The notes under the pieces were generated by a model. The model was given only the letters and a program-made list of their open reading frames with translations. It was not told where the DNA came from and searched no databases. Shown in pieces: positions 1 to 8,632 of a stretch of 14,993 bases of DNA. This DNA comes from Candidatus Latescibacterota bacterium. Lineage in GTDB: Bacteria > Latescibacterota > UBA2968. The position numbers and the translations under genes were made by a program. The DNA is taken from assembly GCA_038279365.1 (NCBI GenBank), contig JAYODI010000057.1, positions 1 through 14,993 of the forward strand, read 5' to 3'. Every line of letters begins with the position of its first letter. Within the stretch, counting starts at the first letter, position 1.

Positions 1-55
1 TAGATATATAAGGCATCGCAGGGTTTGGGATGTTTGGGCAAAATAAGAGAAACAC

Positions 56-83
56 TTGACATTTAAATTTAAACTGGTATTTT
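56..83 (+). promoter_or_regulatory. Putative sigma70 promoter of the Rrf2-trHb operon
   Basis: TTGACA at 56..61, 16-bp spacer, extended -10 TGnTATTTT (TG 75..76, TATTTT 78..83). GGGAGA RBS at 97..102 precedes ATG 108. Confidence 0.65.
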
Positions 84-95
84 ATATACCAGTTT
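71..95. promoter_or_regulatory. NsrR/Rrf2-type operator (inverted repeat)
   Basis: AAACTGGTAT-tttat-ATACCAGTTT, perfect 10-bp arms. Read as 11-1-11 (AACTGGTATTT-T-ATATACCAGTT) it matches the geometry of the NsrR box AAGATGYATTT-N-AAATRCATCTT. It overlaps the -10 element. Confidence 0.75.
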
Positions 96-107
96 TGGGA
101 GAACATC

Positions 108-536
108 ATGCACTTATCCAAATATTGTGATTATGCCCTTCGTTCGCTGATGTATCTTGGGGCACGCTCAGGCAAAATTACTGCTGCCGATGAAATAGCC
201 AAGGCCTTTGGCATTTCAACCAATCATGTGGTTAAAAGTTTGCAAGGGCTTGCCAAAGCAGGCTATGTCACATCTGTGTCTGGGCGTGGTGGTGGGTATG
301 TTTTTGATCGCCCACTTTATAAAATTCGCGTGGGCGATATTGTTGAACGACTTGAACCCAATTTACACATGGCCGAATGTTTCTCAGAAGAAAAAAACAC
401 GTGTCCACTCACACCTGGGTGTGCGTTACAATCTGCACTCTCTCATGCATGTCATACATTTATTGAGACACTTAATCAATATACGCTCGAAGATTTGATT
501 GCTCCCCAAACTCAAAAGCTATTGGCAATAGGATAA
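108..536 (+). CDS. nsrR: Rrf2 family Fe-S transcriptional regulator, NsrR-like (nitric oxide sensing repressor)
   Basis: N-terminal DYALRSLMYL with Asp8, wHTH wing SVSGRGGGY, Cys triad C91/C99/C105 (ECF...TCPLTPGC). Adjacent to a globin gene and an NsrR-like operator. Confidence 0.85.
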   Translation: MHLSKYCDYALRSLMYLGARSGKITAADEIAKAFGISTNHVVKSLQGLAKAGYVTSVSGRGGGYVFDRPLYKIRVGDIVERLEPNLHMAECFSEEKNTCPLTPGCALQSALSHACHTFIETLNQYTLEDLIAPQTQKLLAIG

Positions 537-540
537 AAAG

Positions 541-909
541 ATGATGCTTCTTGAATCCATTACGGAAGATAAAATTCGACAAATGGTCACACAGTTTTAT
601 CACAAGGTGCGCAATGACGACCTTTTGGGCCCTGTTTTTGGCCACCAAATTGCAGATCATGAATGGCCACATCACTTGGATCGCATGTGTGATTTTTGGT
701 CGAGTATTTTGCTTACAACAGGTCGTTTTCACGGGAATCCACGCCTCAAACATATGGCATTACCACATATTGAACCCGAGCACTTTGACCGTTGGTTGGC
801 GTTGTTTGAGCCCACCCTTTACGATATTTATGATGAAGTTACTGCGGCTCAAATTTTTGCACGTGCACTTAGAATGAGAGCGGTGCTTCAGGAAGCTGCT
901 TGTCAATAA
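541..909 (+). CDS. Group III truncated haemoglobin (trHbP/Ctb-like 2/2 globin)
   Basis: Motifs FYHKVRNDDLLGPVF, WPHHLDRMCDFWSS, GRFHGNPRLKH, HFDRWLALF typical of group III trHb. Starts 4 nt after the Rrf2 stop; the start may be ATG 544. Confidence 0.9.
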   Translation: MMLLESITEDKIRQMVTQFYHKVRNDDLLGPVFGHQIADHEWPHHLDRMCDFWSSILLTTGRFHGNPRLKHMALPHIEPEHFDRWLALFEPTLYDIYDEVTAAQIFARALRMRAVLQEAACQ

Positions 910-938
910 GGACGACGGTTGAGCGAGCAGTAAAAATA

Positions 939-968
939 AAAAGGGTGATCCTATTGGATCACCCTTTT
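939..968. terminator. Bidirectional intrinsic terminator between convergent trHb and VOC genes
   Basis: AAAAGGGTGATCC-tatt-GGATCACCCTTTT, a perfect 13-bp stem with A and T runs on both sides. Confidence 0.85.
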
Positions 969-988
969 ATGTTCTCTTGTAGAATTTT

Positions 989-1363
989 TTATAAAATCTG
1001 CCCGATATCCAATCGGTTACCATCCGGGTCGGCAATTACAAAATCACGCAACCCATACTCAGCATCACGCATACCTTTGACAATGCGTACACCCGCTTCA
1101 TCTAATGCCTGATAAAGTACTTGAGCATCACTGACCAATAGATGCAATACATTGCGGTCTGATGCGTGATGATTGGGCTTTAATGTTAAATGAATTTCTG
1201 CATCGTCTTTTTTTAAAATGACAAAACCAACTGGCTCACCGTTTTCAAAAATCTTTTTAAAACCCAGCTTCTGCGTGTAAAATAATACAGCCGTAAGTAT
1301 GTTTGTTACGGGAATGGTGGGTGCAACACGTCCAAAACGCACAGCATGAGCACCTGTTGTCAT
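989..1363 (-). CDS. VOC family protein (glyoxalase/bleomycin resistance superfamily), 124 aa
   Basis: VAPTIPV...FYTQKLGF and YGLRDFVIADPDGNRLDIGQ motifs. Start moved from the ORF-track 1510 to ATG 1363, which follows a perfect AGGAGG (1370..1375). Confidence 0.88.
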   Translation of the reverse strand: MTTGAHAVRFGRVAPTIPVTNILTAVLFYTQKLGFKKIFENGEPVGFVILKKDDAEIHLTLKPNHHASDRNVLHLLVSDAQVLYQALDEAGVRIVKGMRDAEYGLRDFVIADPDGNRLDIGQIL

Positions 1364-1470
1364 CGCAAACCTCCTCGAAATCAAATGCACACCATCAGAG
1401 GCGGTGCTCATGAGGTGATTGTTTGATCTTTGAATAGAAAGCGAGGCAGTGCCCGCGGTAAAGGATTTCT
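1364..1470 (-). promoter_or_regulatory. Candidate structured 5' leader of the VOC gene (RBS-sequestering, switch-like)
   Basis: Hand-folded stems CCUCG/CGAGG and AGAUCAAA/UUUGAUUU cover part of the RBS. An alternative hairpin at 1441..1456 hides the anti-RBS. Confidence 0.35.
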
Positions 1471-1475
1471 TGTTG

Positions 1476-1504
1476 GATATAGTTACATAATGGGAATCTG
1501 TCAA
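1476..1504 (-). promoter_or_regulatory. Putative sigma70 promoter of the VOC gene
   Basis: Minus strand TTGACA (1499..1504), 17-bp spacer, TATATC (1476..1481), just downstream of the ftsZ terminator. Confidence 0.5.
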
Positions 1505-1539
1505 TATCAAAAATGGTTCTTATGTAACAAGGCTTTCTT

Positions 1540-1578
1540 AAAAAAAAAGCGCAAAGGAAAAATCCTCTGCGCTTTTTT
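1540..1578 (-). terminator. Rho-independent terminator of the dcw cluster (after ftsZ)
   Basis: Minus strand GCGCAGAGGA-UUUU-UCCUUUGCGC (10 bp, one G-U) followed by 9 U. A T6 run on the other side suggests it may work in both directions. Confidence 0.88.
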
Positions 1579-1594
1579 ATTTATGGATGGGGGT

Positions 1595-2770
1595 TTATCC
1601 CTCTTTTTGTTGCATTTGTCGACGCAAAAATGTGGGATATTCTAAATCGTCCAGTGAGGGTTCATTTCCTTTTTTGGTTTCTCGTTTTTGTTCTGCCTCG
1701 GCATTGCCCCCATCTAACTTACGCATAAATGCGGGTACATCAGGGCCCAATGTGCGTGTGGTGCTTGAAGGTTTGCGTGCGTTGTTGTTGGCGTCTGCCG
1801 TTTTGGTTGCTGGAGAGTTAAAACCCGTTGCAATGACTGTGACACGCAGTTCGTCACCCATGCTGTCGTCTAATACGGTACCCCAAATGATGTTGGCTTC
1901 GTTGCCAACGGCTTCGGTTACAAGGCTGACGGCTTTGTCTACTTCAAATAGTTTAAGATCGCTACCGGCTGAAATATTGACCAATACACCCCGAGCCCCT
2001 GAGACAGAAACATCGTCGAGTAAAGGACTTTTAAGTGCCTTTTCTGCTGCTAAAATGGCCCGATTTTCCCCTGAGGCTTCTGCCGTACCCATCAAAGCAT
2101 CGCCCCCTTCTTTCATGACTGTTCGCACGTCGTTAAAGTCGAGGTTGACTTCACCGGGTATGGTGATCAAATCTGAAATACCACGTGTGGCTTGGAGCAA
2201 CACATCATCGGCCATGCGGAAGGCATCGCGCAAAGTGGTGTCGGCAGAACTGATGGCCAACAAACGTTGGTTGGGAATGATGATGACCGTATCGGCTGCG
2301 GCTTTGAGCGCGGCAATACCTGCATCGGCATTGCGACTGCGTGGCAAACCCTCCATGGTGAAGGGTCTGCTGACAATGCCAACGGTGAGGGCTCCGGCCT
2401 CTCGTGCAATTTCTGCAACGATGGGTGCGGCACCTGTGCCTGTGCCACCGCCCATGCCTGCCGCAACAAAAACCATGTCGGAACCCGATAAAATTTCGGC
2501 GACTTGGTCGCGGTCTTCTTCGATGGCCTTGGCCCCTATGCCAGGGTCTGCTCCTGCGCCCAAACCGCGGGTCACATTGCGGCCAATTTGAAGGCGTTGA
2601 GCAGCCTGCGAAAGTTCTAAGTCTTGTTCATCCGTATTAATGGCGATGAAATCAACGCCTCTGAGGCCGGATTCAATCATACGGTTGATGGCATTGCCAC
2701 CAGACCCACCAACACCCACGACCCGAAGTTTGGCCTGGTTTTCGGTATCGACAATTGAAAAGGTTACCAC
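1595..2770 (-). CDS. ftsZ: Cell division protein FtsZ
   Basis: [11 protein letters not shown], tubulin signature [10 protein letters not shown]7 loop NLDFND, C-terminal [14 protein letters not shown] start with AGGAGG at 2777..2782. Confidence 0.99.
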   Translation of the reverse strand: MVTFSIVDTENQAKLRVVGVGGSGGNAINRMIESGLRGVDFIAINTDEQDLELSQAAQRLQIGRNVTRGLGAGADPGIGAKAIEEDRDQVAEILSGSDMVFVAAGMGGGTGTGAAPIVAEIAREAGALTVGIVSRPFTMEGLPRSRNADAGIAALKAAADTVIIIPNQRLLAISSADTTLRDAFRMADDVLLQATRGISDLITIPGEVNLDFNDVRTVMKEGGDALMGTAEASGENRAILAAEKALKSPLLDDVSVSGARGVLVNISAGSDLKLFEVDKAVSLVTEAVGNEANIIWGTVLDDSMGDELRVTVIATGFNSPATKTADANNNARKPSSTTRTLGPDVPAFMRKLDGGNAEAEQKRETKKGNEPSLDDLEYPTFLRRQMQQKEG

Positions 2771-2876
2771 GTGATGCCTCCTGTGTTTCGCGGGGAATAA
2801 TTAGAAAAACGATATAAGCCAACAGAAAGAAGAAAGACGGGTATCTTTTTTTCTTTCTCTCTTTTCGCTTTTCCAG

Positions 2877-4106
2877 TTAAAAAAAGTTTTGAACCCATTT
2901 TTTCATGCGGCCAACAATAGAGTCAAAGAAATCATTATCTTCAGACATAAGTGCACGGTTGCGATGGTGTAAGCCAAACAACACCAAACCAACACCTGTT
3001 GCATAGAGTGGGTCTTTTACAGATCCCACAAGACCTGTAATGCCACGTGGGCGTCCGACGGTTACTGGCATTCCAAAAACTTCTTCGGCCAGTTCGGCAC
3101 ACCCGTCTAACATGGCCCCTCCCCCAGTAATAACCACACCCGCAGCGAGCAGATCGGCATAATCTGTGCGACGAATTTCACGATGTACTAGCGTAAAAAT
3201 TTCTTCCATTCGGGCTTCGATGATGGCCGCCATTTCACCGCGTGGCATGTTAAACGATGGTCGTCCAGCAACACCGGGTACTTCAATGACTTCATCGGGG
3301 CCTACCAATGAACGCAGTGCACAACCATATTGCTGTTTGAGCATTTCGGCTTGTTTGCCTGGAGTGCGCAAACCGATGGCCACATCGTGAGTGACATTGG
3401 TGCCTCCCAAACCCACAACGGCTGTGTGCCGAATGGCGCCGTCGTAGAAGACGGCCAAGTCTGTTGTGCCACCGCCTATGTCCACCAGTGCCACGCCCAT
3501 TTCTTCTTCATCAGGTGTGAGCACGGCATAACTGGAGGCAATGGGTTCTAAGACCAGATCGACAACATCAATACCTGCACGTCGAATGCTTTTGCAAATG
3601 TTTTGAGCCGAAGTGACGGCACCTGTTACAATGTGCACATCGGCCTCAAGGCGCACACCCGACATCCCTATGGGGTCTTTGATGCCAGGTTGGTCATCGA
3701 CGACAAAAGACTGTGTCAAAACGTGTACAATTTCTCGGTCGAGGGGAATGGATACCGCCTTGGCCGCTTCTATGACGCGTTCTTCGTCATTGTTGGTAAT
3801 TTCATTTTCTGGGCCAGATACGGCTACCACGGCACGTGTGTTGACACTGCGAATATGATCACCTGCAATGCCTGCATAAACGGCATCTATGCGTGTGCCA
3901 GACATTTTTTCGGCTTCTTCAACTGCGATCTTGATGGATTGGACAGTTTTTTCCACATTGACCACCACACCGCGTTTGAGCCCATCGGATAGGCTGCTGC
4001 CCACGCCGATGATTTTGAGCTGGCCGTTGTTTTCAACTTCGGCCACGATGGCACAAATTTTTGTGGTGCCAATATCCAGGCCAACGATTCGATCACCTTT
4101 GACCAT
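2877..4106 (-). CDS. ftsA: Cell division protein FtsA
   Basis: GLDIGTTKI, VDIGGGTTD and VITGGGA actin-like ATPase motifs, C-terminal amphipathic helix (MKKWVQNFF). ATG 4106 chosen because GAAAGGAA precedes it. Confidence 0.98.
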   Translation of the reverse strand: MVKGDRIVGLDIGTTKICAIVAEVENNGQLKIIGVGSSLSDGLKRGVVVNVEKTVQSIKIAVEEAEKMSGTRIDAVYAGIAGDHIRSVNTRAVVAVSGPENEITNNDEERVIEAAKAVSIPLDREIVHVLTQSFVVDDQPGIKDPIGMSGVRLEADVHIVTGAVTSAQNICKSIRRAGIDVVDLVLEPIASSYAVLTPDEEEMGVALVDIGGGTTDLAVFYDGAIRHTAVVGLGGTNVTHDVAIGLRTPGKQAEMLKQQYGCALRSLVGPDEVIEVPGVAGRPSFNMPRGEMAAIIEARMEEIFTLVHREIRRTDYADLLAAGVVITGGGAMLDGCAELAEEVFGMPVTVGRPRGITGLVGSVKDPLYATGVGLVLFGLHHRNRALMSEDNDFFDSIVGRMKKWVQNFF

Positions 4107-4141
4107 TGTATTTCCTTTCACCCGTTTTTGTCATCTTTGTG

Positions 4142-4963
4142 CTATCGTCTACCGACGACGACTTGATTTTCAAATCGCAGATCGATATAAGCCAAGTCTG
4201 CAATTTTACGCGATGACGCTTGTGTATAAGCGCGGAAGTTTTGCACTTGTTGTTTTGGATTTTTCAAGTGCATATGAAGTGTGAGTTGATCACCAACCAA
4301 ATAGATGGTTGCTGTGTTTTTGTCAGTTATGCGAATTTCAGAAATTTCATTCCAAAAATTTGGCGTTTCGGTTTGAAGTTGTGCCAAAAATGTGGTCCAA
4401 GCGGGCAGGGTTTTGTGTTGATAAGCACCTGTTGAATCTTTTTTAATTTTCAAATTTGTCAAAATCGGCAGGTCAATGGGTGTATTGGGTATTGGAAAAA
4501 GCTGTGTTTCTGTATCCAATCCTAAGAGCCCTTCGGGTGTTGCCACAAGCGCAAGGGGTTGTCTTTCTTCAAGAGATATGACCACTGTTTCTGGGGGTTC
4601 ACGAAGCAATAAAACCCGTTTGACAATGGGTTGATTTTCAATTCGTTTGGTAACCGCATCCAAATCACAGTCAAAAAGATTGTCACCCACCTGAAGTTGT
4701 GACCAAGTTATGACCTCTTGTTCGGGCAACAAATTATTGCCAACCACTTTGATATGAGACATTTTGAAGAAATCGGATTCTGCAAGTGCCGAAGAAGCAT
4801 TTTGAATACCCACAACAAGCAGACCCAACACGGCGATAATGGCCATGAGACGCAGCGTTTGTTTGGGGCGCTTTGTAATTGGCATTGGATTGTTAACAGC
4901 CCCCGAACGATGGTAAATGGTGCGACCTGCTGAAGAAGTGTAAACTATTTTGTTTCTGGTCAT
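4142..4963 (-). CDS. ftsQ: Cell division protein FtsQ/DivIB (TM + POTRA)
   Basis: Basic N-terminus, one TM helix, POTRA-like IKVVGN...PETVVISLEERQP, terminal YIDLRFENQVVV. GGAGGT RBS; lies immediately before ftsA. Confidence 0.92.
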   Translation of the reverse strand: MTRNKIVYTSSAGRTIYHRSGAVNNPMPITKRPKQTLRLMAIIAVLGLLVVGIQNASSALAESDFFKMSHIKVVGNNLLPEQEVITWSQLQVGDNLFDCDLDAVTKRIENQPIVKRVLLLREPPETVVISLEERQPLALVATPEGLLGLDTETQLFPIPNTPIDLPILTNLKIKKDSTGAYQHKTLPAWTTFLAQLQTETPNFWNEISEIRITDKNTATIYLVGDQLTLHMHLKNPKQQVQNFRAYTQASSRKIADLAYIDLRFENQVVVGRR

Positions 4964-5005
4964 AAAACCTCCGAGGGAGAGAAGGGGGAAAACAACACCT
5001 AAAAC

Positions 5006-5938
5006 TTATTCATTTACTATGCCATATTCGCCAATGATGCGGATTTCGGGTTCTAATGTGATGTTGTGAACGCTTTGCACGCGTTGGGTGACCTCTTGAA
5101 TGAGTGCAAGTACATCGTTGGCAGAAGAGCCGCCTAAATTGATCATAAAGTTTGCGTGCACATCTGAAACTTGAACCTGACCGACGGAAAGCCCCTTACA
5201 CCCTGCCTGATCTATGAGTTTGCCAGCAGATGTTCCGGGTGGATTTTTGAAGATGCACCCAGGGCTGCGATTGGATAGGGGTTGTGACGCTTTTCGTTCG
5301 GATAACATTTGGGTCATTTTTTTTTGTATCACTTCAGGATCTTCTTCACCAAGTTGAAAGTTTGCTTCGACAATTAAAAAGTCGGGCGAAAAGTTGGTAC
5401 GCCTATAAGCATATGTGAGGTCTGATTTGTGAAATGTTTCATCAAGGCCACTTTTGAGGCTGATGCCTTTAACGGATATGAGATTGTCAAATGTCTCGCC
5501 GCCCCATGCACCGGCATTGCCCCGAATGGCACCACCAAGTGTGCCTGGAATGCCACAGCCAAATTCAAAACCTGTTTTGCCTGCACGCTGGCATTGCCGT
5601 GAAAAAACTTGAGTACTTGCCCCTGCCTGAACAAAACCTTGCGAGACGTCAATGTGATGGGCCCCTGCGGTTAGGCAGATGACGATGCCTCTAAATCCGG
5701 CATTGCCAACCAAAGTGTTTGTGCCCCCACCCAATGGTAAAATGGGGATATTGGCCTCTTTTAGCAGGGGTATAGACAAAGCCAAATCGTCAAGATCGGC
5801 GGGTAAAAAGAATAAGTCTGCACACCCACCTAAACCAAATGTGGTGTGTTTGGATAACGGTTCTTGTATGCGCAGTTGCCCACGGCATGTTTCTTGTAGT
5901 TTTTTGATGAATGTGTTGTTTTGTGAGTTGTGCGTCAT
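5006..5938 (-). CDS. murB: UDP-N-acetylenolpyruvoylglucosamine reductase
   Basis: HTTFGLGG, LGGGTN, GIPGTLGGAIRGNAGA, YRRT, GCIFKNP, HANF, LEPEI. ATG 5938, 8 nt after the murC stop, preferred over the overlapping ORF-track start 5974. Confidence 0.97.
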   Translation of the reverse strand: MTHNSQNNTFIKKLQETCRGQLRIQEPLSKHTTFGLGGCADLFFLPADLDDLALSIPLLKEANIPILPLGGGTNTLVGNAGFRGIVICLTAGAHHIDVSQGFVQAGASTQVFSRQCQRAGKTGFEFGCGIPGTLGGAIRGNAGAWGGETFDNLISVKGISLKSGLDETFHKSDLTYAYRRTNFSPDFLIVEANFQLGEEDPEVIQKKMTQMLSERKASQPLSNRSPGCIFKNPPGTSAGKLIDQAGCKGLSVGQVQVSDVHANFMINLGGSSANDVLALIQEVTQRVQSVHNITLEPEIRIIGEYGIVNE

Positions 5939-5946
5939 GATGATTT

Positions 5947-7314
5947 TTAGCTTTGTTTTTGCAGTGCTTGCCACACTTGGTGGGGCACTTTTTCTATGTC
6001 ACCGGCACCCATAACAACAAGTAAGTCACCGGGTTTTAGATTTTGAATGAGTGTGTCTGTTAAGTTTGCAATTGTGGGTGCATAGTTTGCATGGGGTATT
6101 TTGTTTGTAATAAACATGCCGTCTATACCAGATATAGGTTTTTCACGTGCAGGATAAATGTCGGTTAAATAAACCTGATCGGCGGCTTGTAACTCCTTTG
6201 CAAATGCATCTCCAAAGTCGCGTGTACGAGAGTATAAATGCGGTTGAAACGCGGCCACAATACGCCCTGTCCATCCCTGACGTGCGGCTTGTAAGGTGGC
6301 GCGAATTTCGGTGGGATGATGCGCATAATCATCAACAACTGTGATGTTGTTTGCCGTACCCAATATGTCAAATCGGCGGTGCACACCTCTAAAAGACTCG
6401 ATGCCTTTTTTAATGTGTTGCCAGTCGATATTGAGAAAACGCCCGACACCTATGGCGGCCAATGCATTGCGTACATTGTGGATTCCCGGCACTTGGAGGG
6501 TGAGGGTGTCTATTTTTGTTTGATTGTCAAAGAGCGTAAATGTGCTGCCAAATTCTGATGCCTTGAGGTTGTCAAAACGAAGTTGACTGCTTTTGTTTTG
6601 GCCATACATCATTTTTGAAGCTTGCGTATTAAGATGCAGGGTGCAAATTTCGGGTTCGTCGCAACATAAGATTGCACACCCATGTGAGGGGAGCAAATTG
6701 ATAAACTGTTCAAATGTGTTGCGTATGTCGTTGAGATCTTTATAACAATCGAGGTGGTCGGCTTCAAGCGTGGTGACCACGGCAACGGTGGGTTTTAGTG
6801 CCAAAAATGTTCGGTCGTATTCGTCGGCTTCAATGACCCAATATGGACCTTTGCCTATTTTTAGATTGTTTTCTAAACCTTGAACAATTCCGCCTACCAG
6901 AAGGGTTGGATCAAGCCCACCTGCTTCAAGTACGGCGCCCACCATGGCTGTGGTGGTGGTTTTTCCATGTGTGCCAGCAATGCAAATGGTTGGGTGTGAT
7001 TGCGTTAAATAACCCAACAATTCTGCCCGACGCACCAAGGGCACATTTTTTTGTGTGGCGGCTTGTCGTTCGGGGTTTGTAGGATCGGTTGCTGAGGTGT
7101 AAATGACCACATCGGCATTTTGAATATTTTCTGCCGCGTGTCCAATCTTTATTGAAATACCAAGGGTTTTAAGCCTGTCGGTTAAGGCTGAGGCTTGGCG
7201 ATCAGACCCCGATATATGGCAACCGCGTTGGTGCAAAAGCTCGGCCAACGCGCTCATGCTCACGCCACCAATGCCAACAAAATGCACACGGGTTCCGGTC
7301 TTTAGTTCGACCAT
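5947..7314 (-). CDS. murC: UDP-N-acetylmuramate--L-alanine ligase
   Basis: HFVGIGGVSMS, AGTHGKTTTT, EADEYD, DDYAHHPTE, FQPHLYSRT, MGAGDI. Start set to ATG 7314. Confidence 0.98.
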   Translation of the reverse strand: MVELKTGTRVHFVGIGGVSMSALAELLHQRGCHISGSDRQASALTDRLKTLGISIKIGHAAENIQNADVVIYTSATDPTNPERQAATQKNVPLVRRAELLGYLTQSHPTICIAGTHGKTTTTAMVGAVLEAGGLDPTLLVGGIVQGLENNLKIGKGPYWVIEADEYDRTFLALKPTVAVVTTLEADHLDCYKDLNDIRNTFEQFINLLPSHGCAILCCDEPEICTLHLNTQASKMMYGQNKSSQLRFDNLKASEFGSTFTLFDNQTKIDTLTLQVPGIHNVRNALAAIGVGRFLNIDWQHIKKGIESFRGVHRRFDILGTANNITVVDDYAHHPTEIRATLQAARQGWTGRIVAAFQPHLYSRTRDFGDAFAKELQAADQVYLTDIYPAREKPISGIDGMFITNKIPHANYAPTIANLTDTLIQNLKPGDLLVVMGAGDIEKVPHQVWQALQKQS

Positions 7315-7438
7315 GCAAACAATCCGCAAATTTATGGGAAATAATAGTGTGGGGAAAAACAAGACGGCAAATGGCAAACGACAAACGTGTCCATATTGAA
7401 GCAAATGTTTAGAGACGTATGACGTTTTTCCTTTTGCT

Positions 7439-8632
7439 TTAACCGAATGTATGACCGGACCGGGGAAAGGTTCGGGGAGACCATATTTCGGAGCGGTTTG
7501 GCAAGGCGCTTTTGTCGCGTGCACCTTGTCGGCCAATGCTGATGAGAATGCCTGTGGCCATCAGCGTGAACAGCAGGGAAGAACCACCATAACTGATAAA
7601 AGGGAGGGGAAGTCCCGTGGCAGGTAACAGCCCGGTGGTTACACCCATGTTGATAAGTGCGTAAACCAAAATGAGACAGGTTAAACCCGATGCCAACATG
7701 TATCCAAATGCATCGGGGGCCGTGCGGGCAATGCGAAAGCCCAAGCGCCCAAAAATGAGAAAACAGAATAAAACACCCAACGTACCCAACAACCCAATTT
7801 CTTCACCAATAATGCTAAAAACAAAATCGGTATGTGGCTCGGGCAAAAAGAAGTACTTTTGCTGACCTTGTCCCAACCCAACACCTGTAAGCCCACCGCT
7901 GCCTAATGCCAGAAGCGATTGGGCAACGTGATAGCCTGTGCCTTGAACATCATCGGCTGGAAAGAGAAAGGTCAACACGCGTTCTTTGCGATAGCCGATG
8001 ACAAAAATGATCAAATACAAAAAGGGTAAGAGGGCCAAACCTGTTGCAAAAATGTGTTGTAAACGTACACCTGCTAAAAAAAGCATCAATGTGCAGGTGA
8101 TGCCAATGGCCAATGCCGTACCCAAATCGGGTTGTAAGATGATCATGCCCATTGCAAGTGCAATGATAACGGCATGGGGGATAAACCCTTGTTGAAAATT
8201 TTTGATAAATTGTTGGCGGCGCGTTAATGAATCTGCCAAATAAATGACCAATACCAAGCGCATCATGTCGGCAGGTTGAAATGCGCCCCCTGGTAAGGGT
8301 ATCCAGCGATAGGCGCCGCGCACTTTGCCCACGCCAAAAACTTTGAGCATCAGAACGATGAGCAACCCCAAAAAACCGATGGCCAACAACAACCGAGCAG
8401 CTTTGCGCCAAATGCGATAATCTATGCGTGCCATAACGGCCATGACGCACAAGCTGATGACCATGCGAATGGTCCAACGTTTGAGAAAAAAGTTGCTGTT
8501 TTCAAAGCGAAATTGTGCCAAACCTGAGCTGGAACTGTAAATCATAACGGTTCCAAAACCGATGAGGCCTGCCACAACCAACAACAGTGCGATCCACGTT
8601 TGGCGATCACCTTGTTCGGATATGAAAGTCAT
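7439..8632 (-). CDS. ftsW: SEDS family peptidoglycan glycosyltransferase FtsW
   Basis: About 10 TM helices with GAYRWI, FQP, QPDLGT, LPEPHTDF, PATGLPLPFISYGGSS; position in the dcw cluster. Confidence 0.96.
   Translation of the reverse strand: MTFISEQGDRQTWIALLLVVAGLIGFGTVMIYSSSSGLAQFRFENSNFFLKRWTIRMVISLCVMAVMARIDYRIWRKAARLLLAIGFLGLLIVLMLKVFGVGKVRGAYRWIPLPGGAFQPADMMRLVLVIYLADSLTRRQQFIKNFQQGFIPHAVIIALAMGMIILQPDLGTALAIGITCTLMLFLAGVRLQHIFATGLALLPFLYLIIFVIGYRKERVLTFLFPADDVQGTGYHVAQSLLALGSGGLTGVGLGQGQQKYFFLPEPHTDFVFSIIGEEIGLLGTLGVLFCFLIFGRLGFRIARTAPDAFGYMLASGLTCLILVYALINMGVTTGLLPATGLPLPFISYGGSSLLFTLMATGILISIGRQGARDKSALPNRSEIWSPRTFPRSGHTFG

Noticed and set aside
56-73. FNR/CRP-type site at TTGAC, and palindrome TTTAAATTTAAA (62..73)
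   Set aside because: No matching second half-site; the AT-only palindrome is expected by chance in a promoter spacer.
1364-1510. 49-aa N-terminal extension of the VOC protein in the ORF track
   Set aside because: It covers the predicted promoter and leader; a perfect AGGAGG supports ATG 1363.
2128-2148. FtsZ T7 loop NLDFND instead of NLDFAD
   Set aside because: The catalytic Asn and Asp residues are retained and this position varies among FtsZ proteins.
1587-2591. 334-aa ORF on the + strand
   Set aside because: Antisense shadow of ftsZ; Ser/Ala-rich with no recognisable domain or RBS.
7315-7536. 74-aa N-terminal extension of MurC, or a murG remnant in the ftsW-murC spacer
   Set aside because: The extension overlaps the ftsW 3' end and has no motif; MurC similarity begins at ATG 7314. 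No MurG GGxGGH motif is visible.
7950-8477. 175-aa alternative-frame ORF inside ftsW, and similar ORFs at 12644..13222 and 3603..3992
   Set aside because: Nested in well-supported genes, with low-complexity translations and no motifs.
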